A stretch of 63,815 nucleotides of DNA, the filler included, from Reticulomyxa filosa (lineage: Eukaryota > Protista > Foraminifera): assembly GCA_000512085.1 (NCBI GenBank). It is 17 parts of 17 records of this genome, joined end to end, with 100 filler letters (N's around TTAATTAATTAA, not from the genome) between each part and the next. Parts side by side here need not be neighbours in the genome. Positions count along the whole stretch, not along the records: positions 1 to 8,596 come from ASPP01006891.1; positions 8,697 to 12,413 come from ASPP01042801.1; 15 more parts are not named here. One strand, written 5' to 3'. Each line of letters opens with the position of its first letter. Within the stretch, counting starts at the first letter, position 1. The notes under the pieces are model-generated. The model was not told where the DNA came from and searched no databases. It worked only from the letters and a program-made list of their open reading frames with translations. The translations under genes were made by a program, and so were the position numbers. Of the stretch, positions 1 through 12,513 are shown in pieces.

Positions 1-71
1 TTTTCATGGAGAAAATCAATTATCATCATAAGATATCGTTTTATACGTTCAGTTTTCTTTGCAACATACTG
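1..71 (-). mobile_element. Tc1-family terminal inverted repeat (right end), truncated by window start
   Basis: Reverse complement reads TA-CAGTATGTTGCAAAGAAAACTGAACG...TTCTCCATGAAAA. This resembles the TIRs at 51636 and 47442/49036, and TA follows at 72-73. Confidence 0.7.
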
Positions 72-98
72 TAAAAGATATCTTTCAAAGTCTTCTTT

Positions 99-1173
99 GG
101 CCAGGACGCAGCAAACAATTTTGCCAGATATCACTACACGATCTGGAAACAAATAATTGACAAAGTAAACGACTGATTGAGAAACCAGTTAATAATTGTG
201 ACAATTTAATTTGCTTTGTCATTGGACATTGTGTATGCGGAGGCACTGACTCAGTGTTGGTAGAATTAATTTTGGAACGTTTGACTGTGCTTAAAGAAAA
301 AAACAGAAATTTGACTTTGATATTTACCTATAACCAAACTTGTCCACCTGAGTATTATAACAATATAATTCGTTGTTGGCGACTAACTAGTTGTTAGATC
401 ATAATGAAGTTTCTTTATTGTTTGATAATGAAGCAATTTACGGGATCTGCCAAAAACAATTTCGAATTGACAAACTAGATTTGAACAATTTGAATAAGTT
501 GATTTCGAAAGTTATATCATCTATTAAATTGTCTTTGGAACTCGTTTAAGTCTACGTTCAACTAACCGCTAAATCGCAAATGAACTTGGTCCCTTTCAAC
601 CGTTTACACTTCATTACGACATGAATTATCACAATTATACCAAAAGCATATGTTTCAACTTAGCCAAACGATGTCCAAAAAATCACTGATAATTGATTTA
701 AGCTATCGAACTAGTTTGTGAAGTTCACTTATTTTGACCCCGCTGAATACAAGTATATTGCTATTTCTTTAAATTACCGTAGTGATATCAAATCTAAAGA
801 AGCAAACGCAACGATACAATGATTAAAAACCGACAATAAAGTGGCATTTGCCAAGTGGTGCCAAACTGGTTTCAAGACAATATTAACTGATTTACCAGCA
901 GTAACTTTGGAATAAGACGATATTGAAGCATCAGTAAGAACAATGTGATGATATCCAACAACATACTTATTTCGCTAGTGTTCAGCAAACGCATTGCTCA
1001 AAAATACAATCTTATGTATTCACAAAGAGCATTTGCTCATTAGTACGTAGGAGAAGGTATAGAAGAAGGAGAATTTGCTGAAGTCCTTGAAAAACTACTT
1101 TGATGTGTTGATCGAGCAACCAACTGATGATGTTGGAGGTAACAACGCTGGCGATGATGCAGGTGACAGTTGA
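99..1173 (+). pseudogene. Divergent (foraminiferal alpha2-like) alpha-tubulin pseudogene, 5' part missing
   Basis: Piecewise translation gives GQDAANNFARYHYTI, FDNEAIYGICQK, NLVPFNRLHF, WCQTGFK and LMYSQRAFAH*YVGEGIEEGEFAE. There are several in-frame stops and frameshifts and no evident introns. Confidence 0.9.
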
Positions 1174-1550
1174 ATAGTTGTAGAATAAAATTTTTGTTCA
1201 GAGATTTTTAAAATTTTAACTAGTCGAAATTTGAAAAACTTTTCACCGAATTCTGTATCTCTCGCATAATTCTGAAAATTTCTTTAAATGGCTCAATTGG
1301 AAAATTATGCAGTAAATATTATTATTCGCAACTTGATGTTGCGTAACATTAATGAAAATTTAAGATAGGAAGCATCGTTCAATGTTATAATATTAGATCC
1401 TTCAATGTGAAAAGAATAGAACTTCAAGTTTCCACTCTAACGAAAAAATTTGTTTTAAGAAATGGTATTTTCTTGGATCAAAATCCTTGTTAGTTGATTG
1501 GTTCAAGAAAAAAAGAATCCTGAAACAAAAGAACATTGTTTATAGTTATC

Positions 1551-3775
1551 TTATTTTGAGCTTTTCAAAAGAAAAACTTCATACTCTTTGACAAGAAAGT
1601 TGTAGGACCCGGCCAATAAAGTTTGGTCCGTGGAGCAATTGTAGCTATAACCAGCATTGGAATACGAGGCATTGCTGTTGTTGCAGCCTGAGCTCAGATA
1701 GAAATCAAAACCTCCACCGAACGTTGGTCCATAGGATGCATGGTGATACACAGCATTTGTTGCATTTTTGCAAGTATATTTACCTTTTTGTCCACGAACG
1801 CTTCTTAACAAGAATATGAATGCATCACTGTCATTTCGATACGAACCAGCGCTTGACCAGGCGATAGATGTGTACCTTGTTTTGTGTGTTATTTGTTTTT
1901 GACTATAACTTTTTTTGTGAGAGAAAAGCCATTTTTGGACTTACCCTCCAAACACGTTTCCCATAGAACTCTGAATAATGACAACAGTGGCACCTTTGTT
2001 GTCACACTTTCGATGAAAAGAATTTGAATCAAACCCATCCTTACTTGCTCGAAATAGTAATTTCCATCGTTTGCGACGACCTTCTTTTGCCATCCATTTC
2101 AACAACATTGCTTTTTCTTTTTCCTTTAATATTTTACTCTCGATTTCACATTCTTTGGTATTCACTTCAGTGGCTGGATAACTGTATAAGCCCCATCCAC
2201 TTGTGTTTTGAGCTCTCAATCGTAGTAAATATGCGCTGTTCGCTTTCAATTTCTATTGGCATTAGCGTGAATTGAGATTTTGAGCCTGTGTCATTTCTTT
2301 CCCCTCCGAACAAGAAGATACTCAACTTTAACAACCCACGAAAATGAATTTTTCGGAAGATCTTCGGCAAGTACAATTTGGTATTTTGTCCATTCTAATT
2401 TATTTTTTTTACCATCCTTGTCTTCAATGGCATCTGCGCCTTCATCACCTTTCTCGACCACATAATCGTCGTATTCTTTTTTTTCATCGGCATTACGAAC
2501 CCGTTTGACACGCGATGATGATGCATCATCATCATCATCGTCATCCTCATCATCGTCATCCTTATCATCTTTTTTGCGACGTTTCCCATCGCTCTTCGAA
2601 GACGAGTCGTCTTTGTCATCGTCCTCATCTTCATCATCTCCTTTGTCTTTATCATTTGAAGACGAGGATGAATCGCTTCCATCCTCATCTTCTGATTTAC
2701 TCTCTTCGCTCGAGTTTTCACTATCATCGTCCTCCGATGAACCGTTGGAAGATGATTTGTCACTGTCGTCTTCATCATCTTCATCGTCATCATCACTATG
2801 TTTTTTCTTCTTTTTTTTTTTCTTGTCTTTTTTCTTCTCTGAGCCGCGCTTTTTTTTATTTTTTTCCAATGACCTGACAAAGGCTATCTCTATTGCAAAA
2901 GCGAATAACGGCTTTTGCAAGTCTTTTGCCGACATTGTCCAGCTAATCTATACAATACACATAAATTTATAACATTGGATTGCAAAGGAGTGCAATTCTT
3001 TTCCCAAATGATCGTATGAACATACCTCTGCAGTATTATGCGTAACCTTGTCAAGAATGACACTGGGAGACCCTGGTTGATCGCAATCGTCTATAAGAAT
3101 CTGCGAAAGAAACTTTTTCAGCACCACTTCGTCATAAGTGAACTTGACATTAGGCTGAGTCACCATCACCATGGAAGGTTTATTTTCCAGTATATTGTTC
3201 ACCAATTGCAATACCTTACGACGTCTCACATGGACATCCAACGATGCATCACCGAGCAATTCTTCATATCTGCGTCTTCCCTAATAATTTTGTTTTGTTT
3301 AAATGATTCACCATCAACCACCCCTCCCCCCCCCCCAAAAAAAAAAGGAAGGAGGCCAAGGGAAACACCAAAAAAAAAAAAAAAAAAAAACTAAACATCA
3401 GCAATGACTTGACGATAAGTGTTCAAATCGGTTAATTGCTTTTGTAACTTCTGTTTCTTTTCCACTTTCACAGAGTTCATTTCATTCAACAAGTATGCCT
3501 TTTTATTTTCCAATTGCTGGATTAACTTTACCATTTGACTTTTGATTTCTTCTTTGCATTGACCTTTTCGCTCTTCCAATACATTCGTGCTCTTTTCCAA
3601 ATCGACCAAGAGCTGCTTCGCACGATTGTAGCGATCATACACCTTTGTTATCGCGTCATGTTCTTGTGGGGAGACAATCACGTGAATCAATTGACTTGGA
3701 TTCACTTTTGTCTACAAAAGATTTTTTTATGATGTTGGAAAAAGGGAAAATTATTTGTAAAATTCTCCTTCCCCC

Positions 3776-3808
<33 letters not shown>

Positions 3809-4137
3809 TTCAATATACGGCTTTACTTCGAAACTGTACTTCCAACTTCTCCTTGTTGAGATGTTTGCCCCGATGCAACCCCTTTTGCAACCACACGATT
3901 TTCTACTAATGACAAAATAGCTTTCACAAAACGACGTCTTTGCAATGTGTCTAATCCAATATCTTTGGCAAACTCGTTCAATTCCTCTTCATTGAATTCA
4001 GTTAACTCCTCAATTGCTACGTCTCGTTCTTCAAAAATACGCTCCACGTCATTTAATTTATTTTCGCTCAACCATTTCTTTCGGTCAATTCGATGTCTTC
4101 CAGCACCTTCACCGACACCTTCGCTAGTCGTTGTCAT
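1551..4137 (-). CDS. Multi-exon protein: SAM-like, coiled coil, FN3 (with acidic low-complexity insert), TLDc
   Basis: ORFs 3823-4137 (WLSENKL...IGLDTLQRRRFVKAIL, SAM-like), 3391-3705 (coiled coil), 2948-3259, 2291-2935, 1941-2249 (LKANSAYLLRLRAQNTSGWG = FN3; WKLLFRASKDGF...FHRKCDNKGAT...GNVFGG = TLDc) and 1551-1811 (GPTFGGGFD...EYEVF). They are separated by intron-like gaps. Confidence 0.85.
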
Positions 4138-4667
4138 AGCTTCACAAAAGGGGGTCTTTAAAAACTACATTTTTTGCGCGACAGCTTTCACTTGTTAACA
4201 TGTACTCTGTCGCCGTGGTGCATCCATTACTTTTGATTCAGTTATTAAATTTAAACAGACATACAAAACTTTTCAAAATACAATTGCAATAAATGACTCT
4301 ACACTAAATGAAAATACAATTCAAATGCACTGCAGTAAAATGTCTACCCCTGTAAAATTTAGACATAGAATGTTGTAGCAATACTTACTACTTAGAAGCT
4401 CTCACTAATCAATTGCACATGTTCCAAAAAGTGCTTTTTTTAATCATAATTAGTTAAAATCTTTATTTATTTCTTAGTTGGGATTACGAAAGCTTTTAAA
4501 GTGTTTTGTTTTCGCAACGCGGATTCTCGTTTTTTTTCTAAATTAAGATATTATTAGCACTACCAAGGTAAAATTTAACATGCATTGCTCTGTATTTTAG
4601 GGGCAAAAAGGCTGTTTCTAAGTTTGAAAAGTAAGTTTGTTGGCCCCTGGAAAATCTGGAAAAGAGA

Positions 4668-5945
4668 ATGGACGGTGACTGGGAAGACGTCGAAAAAGTG
4701 CCTGAAAAGCAACCTGAAAAAAAGCGCACAATGGACGATTTTTATGAGGAGAACAAAGAGTACATATCACACGTTGAAACTAGGCTACAGCACAAAGTCT
4801 GTATATATCAAAGAAGGAACGAAGACAAAAATGCGCCATGGTTGTTGATGATTCATGGTTCTTGTGCTCGTATGGGACAATTTGAGGATCAAATCAATGC
4901 GTTACATAAGCAATTTCATATTGTCGCATTTGACCGAATAGGATGCGGGAAATCGGAGAAACCAAAGGATGCAAGTAATTACAGTGACAGCAATATCTTT
5001 GAAGACTTATGCACGATATTTGAGACATATGTGTGCAAAGTTCACGAGAAAGCGAAGGAAGGAGATAACAAGGAAAGCGAAGAAAAGAAAGAAATGGACG
5101 ACATAGTGACTGAAAGTCCTGAGATATTTTTAATGGGCCATTCGTACGGTTGTTCGCAAGCGCTACGATTGGCACATCGTTATCAACATATGCTCAAGAT
5201 CCGCGGGGTGTGTTTGTTTGGTTGTGCCAATATTTTGAGTGAGCAATTGCCCTTTGTTGTCCGGTCTGTCTTCAGTTTACCCGATCTCATGTTAGGATGG
5301 ATGGCCCCATCTCTGTCTACCAATTTCCGGGCTAATGCATTGCACAAAGAATCGGGGAGATATGATTATTTAGAAGTTATTTGAAATATACACACTTACG
5401 TTGACATATATGTGCATATGTACGTACAATTTGTTATTCAAATGCGCACATTACAAACATAAAACTCCTATAAATCTTGATCACAATACGTGTCTTGTTG
5501 GACAATAAGTGTACGTATACACATACACAAACGAAAATAGGCACTAGAAAGCACAATGGTGAATCCCGTGTATATGTTTAAGGCCTTCTATCAACAACTT
5601 AAATTTATCAAGCAAAAGGACTTGGATGACATGTTAACACACGCCAAGGATCATCCTGTCCCCATTTGCATGATTCACGGTGCTGAAGATGGAATTATTC
5701 CACTGACAGAAGCCTCAGCCGTTCATAATCACTTGCAGTCTACTCTGAAAGCTGCTTTCCCTACTTCTGACACGTTCTTGCTAGAATTTCATTCCATAGA
5801 CAAATGCAAACATCAAGTAATGCAAGAAAAACCTGATGAATGTACTCAAATTGTACTTAAATTTTGGGAAAAGTGTATCGCTTTTTCAAAACAGTCACAA
5901 GGTGATGATCTTGACCAAAATAACGATACTAATGACAAAAACTAA
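4668..5945 (+). CDS. Alpha/beta-fold hydrolase (2 exons, intron about 5376-5540)
   Basis: LLMIHGS, AFDRIGCGKS, nucleophile elbow GHSYG, IHGAEDGIIP (Asp) and KHQVMQEKP (His). A GT..AG intron joins YLE|ALESTMV in frame. Confidence 0.9.
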
Positions 5946-6230
5946 TAAAATACTTAAATATTTTTATTCGTCTTTTTTGTTTTAGTATCCCTTTTTTGCC
6001 AGGATCATAACTATTTGAGTAATCATTTTTATGTTACAATTTAGATAGTTTTTTATGCCAACTTATATTTGTAACAAAAGAAAACTAAAAGATATTTTAT
6101 TTAAAAATCGAATCCAAAACTATAAGTAAGTGAGGAACTGCACAAAAACAAAGTTTACCAGACAAAAAAAATTTTGATCTTTCCAAGCGAAAAGTCCAAG
6201 GGGGAGATGGGAAAAAACATTCCTTCATAA

Positions 6231-7256
6231 GTGATGCCAGCAGACAAATCAAAAAAAAAGAAAATAGATGAATTTTACGAAGCTTGGCGCAAAAAAGTAT
6301 TCACAATATTGGAATTTTGGAACAAAGAGGCATGTATCTATGTCCCAGACGACATTTCCAAACTGGTCTTTGAATTTTGCAGTTGGGTATTTGCGCTCTT
6401 TGTCTCTTTGCTATGTTACGACAAGACTTATCTAAGCAAAAATAAACATAACAAATAAAATCAAAGAATGCGACATATGCTGGAGTAGAACAGTGTGCGG
6501 AAACAATATTCAGTTTATGAGCGAATCGACAGTAGAGTTTGCATTAGATGATACCTGTCTGCACACAATTGCGACGGGTGCTTTACCAATCCAAAAGAAA
6601 GATTGCAAGTATTTTGTATATCAATTGCAATTTATATCGCCAAGGAAAGACGGGAGCTGGTGTATCGGTGTGTAGTTTGTTTATTGTTGTATCCGTCATT
6701 TTTCGAACGAAATTTTTAAGACTTCTAAAATTGAAAAAGGGGAACACGTAGCCTGTGTTAAAAAAAAACGTTCACTCATGACTAAAGTTTTTTTTTTTTA
6801 ATGTCACAATAATGTGATAAAGGAATAGCCGAATTTCCAGTGACCATAAGCAGCACCAACGCAATTGTAACAGAAGAAAACAACAAGCAATTAGACAAAG
6901 CCAGTATAAGTGCTCTCAAGAATACCAAGGTGACAGCGTTCGATTTGAATGATGGAAGATTTAAAGCCAATGTACGAGATAATGACAAAGTGCAATTTTT
7001 GGTGGAGTTTTATGATTCAGAAAACTCTACTGATGATGCTTCCAAGGGGCATGGAGTAGTTCATGCTTTTCACAATGGTGAAACTTACATGGGGGAATTC
7101 TTTACAAATATTCCAAAATCTTTTGTGCCTGCTGTCTGCACTCGTGCTTCAAATCAATGTGTGTTGGAATACTTGGACCCCACAAAATACGCTGAAATGC
7201 TCCAAAGAGAAAGAGAGAAAATACAAAAGTCAACAACAAACAAACCATTTTTTTAG
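6231..7256 (+). CDS. Hypothetical 3-exon protein with SPRY/B30.2-like beta-rich domain
   Basis: Three collinear ORFs. Motifs WCIG|IAE, NDKVQFLVEF and AFHNGETYMGEFFTNIPKSFVPAV resemble the SPRY pattern. Confidence 0.45.
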
Positions 7257-7589
7257 GTTGGTTGTCGAGTGTTTCTTGATGAAAACTGTACGAAGAACAA
7301 ATTGAGAAAAAAAAAAACAAATAATGAAAGTCCAATACAAAATATCTTTTCTAGTCGGGCATTTAAATGCTACCTCACTTTGTCCTTCATTCTAGAACGA
7401 AAAACTTTCCCAAAAATTTTTTGCAAACCAAAGTTTGTAAGAAATTTTTTTTCTTAGCAAATAATAGTTCAAAATGTAACATTGAGAGACAAAGTTACAA
7501 TGTCAGTGAAAATTTATGTATTACAATTCTACAATCCACGAGACTAAAAAAAAAGAAGCTGAAAATGTAAGGTCTCTACTCATAGTGAA

Positions 7590-8010
7590 CAAACGATTCA
7601 AACCAAGCGTTAAAAACAGCACAAGTGAACAAAAATTTAATATCATCTTTGGCCGGTTTCAATATAAGGCAGTTCGTTTTCTTGACATATTTCAAGGATA
7701 TCACTAAGATTAGAATCCCATTTCTCAAGATTGACCCGCATATCAACTTTTGTTCCGGTCACGATAATAGGAACAGATGGGCTGCGTTTTCTTATTTTCC
7801 GGAGACAAGGTATAACGGCCTCTTAAGGAGTTTTTTGCCCGCACACGTCATATGCAATGAATATGCTATCCATCAATTGAAAAATCCTCTCGTTTTGGTA
7901 TCAATATCGCCTTGCATACTAAAGACCTCAACCACACAAGTCGTATCTTTGTTCAACGAAATATGTCTCGAGGAACCGTCACCAGTGTGGTGGTTTTCTC
8001 CACGACACAA
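7590..8010 (-). pseudogene. Ras-superfamily (Rho/Rab-like) small GTPase remnant
   Basis: Minus strand reads DSIFIAYDVCG...IRKRSPSVPIIVTGTKVDMR (G4) ...ELPYIET[frameshift]AKDDIKFLF (G5). It contains a stop and frameshifts, and no P-loop was found. Confidence 0.55.
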
Positions 8011-8596
8011 GAATTCGTCTGTAATGTTTTGACAGTTCACAGCTTGGAATATTAATGCCTTTGTTTATGTTCATGCTTCGTGAGGAAAATTTGATCTATT
8101 ATCGATTGTCCATCCTTGCAGGAAATGGAGGAAGAACTGGGAAGAGCATGCTTCTGATCTGTCTTGTCGTTGATCAGTTTTTGGAAGAACACGACATACC
8201 CTCGGAAACAAAGTGTATACCTACTTTTCAATTCCTTTTTATTCACTGTAATACACCTTTTATACTTGCAAATATCATTTTTATTTGCAAAACTAGAATT
8301 GCCCATCCTCTTTCCTTCTTTGAAAAGGGACAAATTTCAAAAGCTTTCAACGTTCTCTACACTACAAAACTAGTAGAAGCGCTTTAGTTTTTGTGTATTA
8401 ATTATTTACTACAAAATTTAACACTGAAATTGAACGCTAACATGCAATTGTGAAGATAATCAATTTTTTCCATGAAAGACAACACTATTTTAATTCTTTA
8501 ATGTATTCATGTAGAGAGTTACTGAAAAAAGTTTGAAATTTTACTGTTTTATCTGGCCAAAAAAGTTTTGAAAACTATTTTACGTAAAATTGCAAC

Positions 8597-8696
8597 NNNN
8601 NNNNNNNNNNNNNNNNNNNNNNNNNNNNNNNNNNNNNNNNTTAATTAATTAANNNNNNNNNNNNNNNNNNNNNNNNNNNNNNNNNNNNNNNNNNNN
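8597..8696. other. Artificial contig spacer (first of 16)
   Basis: 44 N + TTAATTAATTAA (stops in all frames) + 44 N. The same spacer starts at 12414, 16381, 19324, 21104, 25725, 33323, 35568, 36668, 38105, 41695, 44525, 51852, 54123, 58186 and 62716. Confidence 0.99.
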
Positions 8697-10261
8697 ATTT
8701 ATTTTAGCAAGATATATGACTTGTTTCATCCTATTTGTTTGTTACAAAAGTATTTTTTTATTGGAAAATTGTTGAATACTTTTGTGTGAAAAACAAAATA
8801 TTTTGTTGTATTATTATTCTGTCATGCAAAAGATGTTATAATAAAATTAAAAATTAAAAGTATTTCAAAAGAAGTTTGATTAATGCAAAATTAAAATGCT
8901 ATCTATGTAACATCTTTTTATGTAGTATATCTATTACGAATAATATGAAAAAAAATAAATATATATATGAAATGCACTTGACTTGTGCAACAATTGGACG
9001 TATTTTAAGATTTAGTTCTTGTCAAAAAAAATCTCAATTTGAGCAAATGATTGTGCATGATGCATTATTGCTTCATTGTGCTTCCGTTGATGAAGTAAAT
9101 GAAAAAGAAAACTACATAAAACAGAACCAAAAAAAGAAGTTTGATAAATGTAAAATTAAATAGTATAAATATTCGACTATTTATGTAGACTATCTATTAT
9201 CATATATGTGAAAAAAAAAATATACAAATGAAATGCCATTTACTTGGGCTATATTGGGCTTATTTTTATAAAATAATGTTAATTTTGAAATTTAATTGTG
9301 CCTTTGGATCAAATCACATTAATTACACATTTTATAATATTTTCTTTATTTTTTTAAATAATAAGCGGGATTGATGGAAATTCGATTTGGTTAATCTTTG
9401 CCATTTCTTGTTACGTTTGGAGAAATATTGTTTTTACTTTTGTTGAAACTTTGACAAAGTTTGTTCAATATCTGAAGAATCAGTTTTTTCATTGTCAAAA
9501 AATTTGAAGAATTGGATTTATTACAAATGGTCACCATAGCAATCGTGTTGAAATCAAGTCTTGAATTGAATCTTTGGACAACTATTATGCTTCTTTTCAA
9601 AAGTAAGGACCAGCTTACAGAGAAAAGCACTACACACGAACACAGCAGCCATCTTTATAATCTTACTCAGACTAATAGACAAACCTAGAATCACATTTTT
9701 TCACTCCAAATCACTATCATTGTGAAATTTAGATGCCTGGGCTGTGCTTTTATTTAATTTATTATTTCCAGTATAAAATTAATTTTCTTTAAATATACAA
9801 ATCAAAGTTTTGAATTGTTGTATGTAATTAATTTGATAAAAAAAAGATGAACAAATTTGTAACTGAAATTCATTTGAAAGGTGATTATCTTATCAAAATG
9901 GTATGTGAGTTGAAAAATGTGATGTTTGATATATTTGTAATATCTTGATTTTTTAATGATAATTTGATTAATTTTTATTCAAATATCTTTCATTTAAAGA
10001 AAAAATTTATTACAAACAATTTACGTAAGAAGAGTTATAAAACTATATTTTAGCAATTATGCAAGTCAAGTTAACAAAGACTAAGATAATTGTAACAAAG
10101 TTCAAAAAAATCAAAACTGCACAAACGCAAAAACTTAAAAATTGGCTTTCCTTGTGTGCCAGCAATACAATTGGCAGCAATAAGGACTAAAGTAAGCTAG
10201 AAACAGTCAACCATAAATAAGTAAATGATGTAGTTAAAAGATTTTAAATTATACTCGTAAG

Positions 10262-12327
10262 TTACTCAGAATAAAAAGTAAGCACGTTGTCGCCTGTTCC
10301 TCTGATCAAAACGGTTGCTCTTTTTTCACTTGTGCGGCTCAGCATGTCTAATACGCCTAAATACATCGTCGGTTCATCAAAACATGTAGGAAACGGTGCA
10401 GTTACAAAAACACATCTTTGATTTCTAGAATAAGCATGAACAAGTTCCGTGACTCGGAGCCAACGCTTAAGTTTGGAGTTACTCCAAACGTGTCCATGAT
10501 GCTCCGCAGTCAATTTATATCCTGTCAGTTCAGAAAACTTTTCATAAGTTTCTATAGTCGGTTCGCGACGTCCAGATTTTACGGTATACGGTCCATTAAT
10601 ATTTAATCGAAATTTTTGGAGCAGTGAAGTCAACTCTGCTTTCCATAAGTCTGTGTACAAAGGGATGCAAATACAAATATTACAAAAGCAGCAATAGAAA
10701 ATGAAGCGTAAAAAAAGTACCAGTAGTGTCTTGAATTTTGGTAAGCAACTCTCCAGAAACCAATCCTTGTTTAGTAATCCTTGCAATTTCTGGCGATTTA
10801 GGAGGAAGAGAAGAAAATTGTTTTTGAGAAGGCGAAGACATTGGATTTTGCATTTCCTTTGTGTTGTTGTCTTGTTCATTACATGTGTCGGTACCAATAT
10901 CATCATCCGCAACTAAAAATAATCGAATCATATAATTTGCATCGCGTGTGCCGACATCATCAGAAGAATTAGAAAACTTTTTCGGAAGCGTTTTTTTGTC
11001 TTTGCTAAATGTATTCATTGAGCTCAGTTGTTGCCAAAAGCGATCAATACTCATTAAATGCGGTACTAACAAAGAAAGTCCGCCATCGTCTAACAGCCAC
11101 CAAACATCGATTACTGCGGCATTGTGAAACAAGCTGTTTTCAGATAATTCACTCGTCTCAATATTTACACTTCTGGCTTTTGCGTCACCAAATGGTAATG
11201 TTTCCAATCCTCGGCATATCATAAATCCCATTTTGCATTTCTGTTTGTTTTTTTTATTTTTGCAAATCTTTTACTTTTCCTTTTATATATGTACATATAT
11301 GTATATATAAGTCACAGATATCATTGTACATATATATCGTGCAAAGTAGATTTTTTACCAAAGCGTCCATTAATAGTGCTACGTAATCCTCATTCGAAAA
11401 CGTGCCCGGAGTGGCTTGTTTCGCTCCCTTGTTTGTCTGTTGGGTGGAAGTGTCGGTGTTTTGAAGATCCACGTCTATTGACTTTTCGTCGTTCGACTCG
11501 CATTGCTCCAACTCTCTGTTTGGTACTGCTTGTTTTCCGTCGAATGTTTTTTTTTGCGACAACAACGTTGCTGGCACATGCTTGTACCATTGAGTTTTGA
11601 AACCCAACACTAGAATGTTGGCACGCAATTTACCCAGTCCGGCCAATTGAAATAACGATTGACCACCTTGCCGAACATTCGAGGCAATGACGCTTTCAAA
11701 AAACGCTTGCATTTTCATCTCTTCTGGTAAATAGCCAGATGTCTGTTTCACTTGGTTAATGTGGTCCGTCAATTCCCCAACAATGATATTTGCGTAAATC
11801 ACCGTCCCATGTCCTCGTTGCAGTGTATACACAAACTTTGCCAACGGGATTCGAGTCTCCGGATCGCCACACATTACCAGAAACGATGGTTGGAAATTTT
11901 TTACATGCGCTTTATAGCTCATTAACTGCAATACTGCTTTGTTTGCCTAGATTTTTACGATCAAAAAAAAAAAAAAAAAAAAGAAGTCGATAAACGTATG
12001 GACTTTGTTTCAGTCAATCCCACTTTTTTTTTTTTTTGCAACACGTATATAGCATGCCTTCCATTTGGCTCTGGATTCGAAGGCAGAGCCCCAATTGACA
12101 TCAGGCTTGGTGTACGCAACATAACCATAAATGCTTGCACCAATCACAATGGCAATGGCGGCATAATTCAAGCTTGTGGACAGCATGATAGCGATGCAAA
12201 GAAGACCACCGAGCAGCGCTGTATGTCTGGAGTAATACTTAAATGCTGGACGCCATGCTGGTGAATGACTTATCGTCATGAAATAGCATGCAATCGATAT
12301 AAATGCGTATGTTCCCAGGAAAAACTA
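10262..12327 (-). CDS. SLC12 cation-chloride cotransporter (NKCC/CCC-like), C-terminal part, 5'-truncated
   Basis: SPAWRPAFKYY, KPDVNWGS, HVKNFQP, GLGKLRANILVLGF, IDVWWLLDDGGLSLLVPHLM and VLIRGTGDNVLTFYSE, spread over several exons. Confidence 0.93.
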
Positions 12328-12375
12328 TTTTCCAGTATTCGCCCATTTTGTTACTTGTTTTTTTTTTTACATTAA

Positions 12376-12413
<38 letters not shown>

Positions 12414-12513
12414 NNNNNNNNNNNNNNNNNNNNNNNNNNNNNNNNNNNNNNNNNNNNTTAATTAATTAANNNNNNNNNNNNNNNNNNNNNNNNNNNNNNN
12501 NNNNNNNNNNNNN

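Noticed and set aside
2395-2972. Poly-Ser, poly-His and Met-rich ORFs in alternative frames
   Set aside because: Shadow frames of the GAT/GAC-rich acidic exon on the minus strand.
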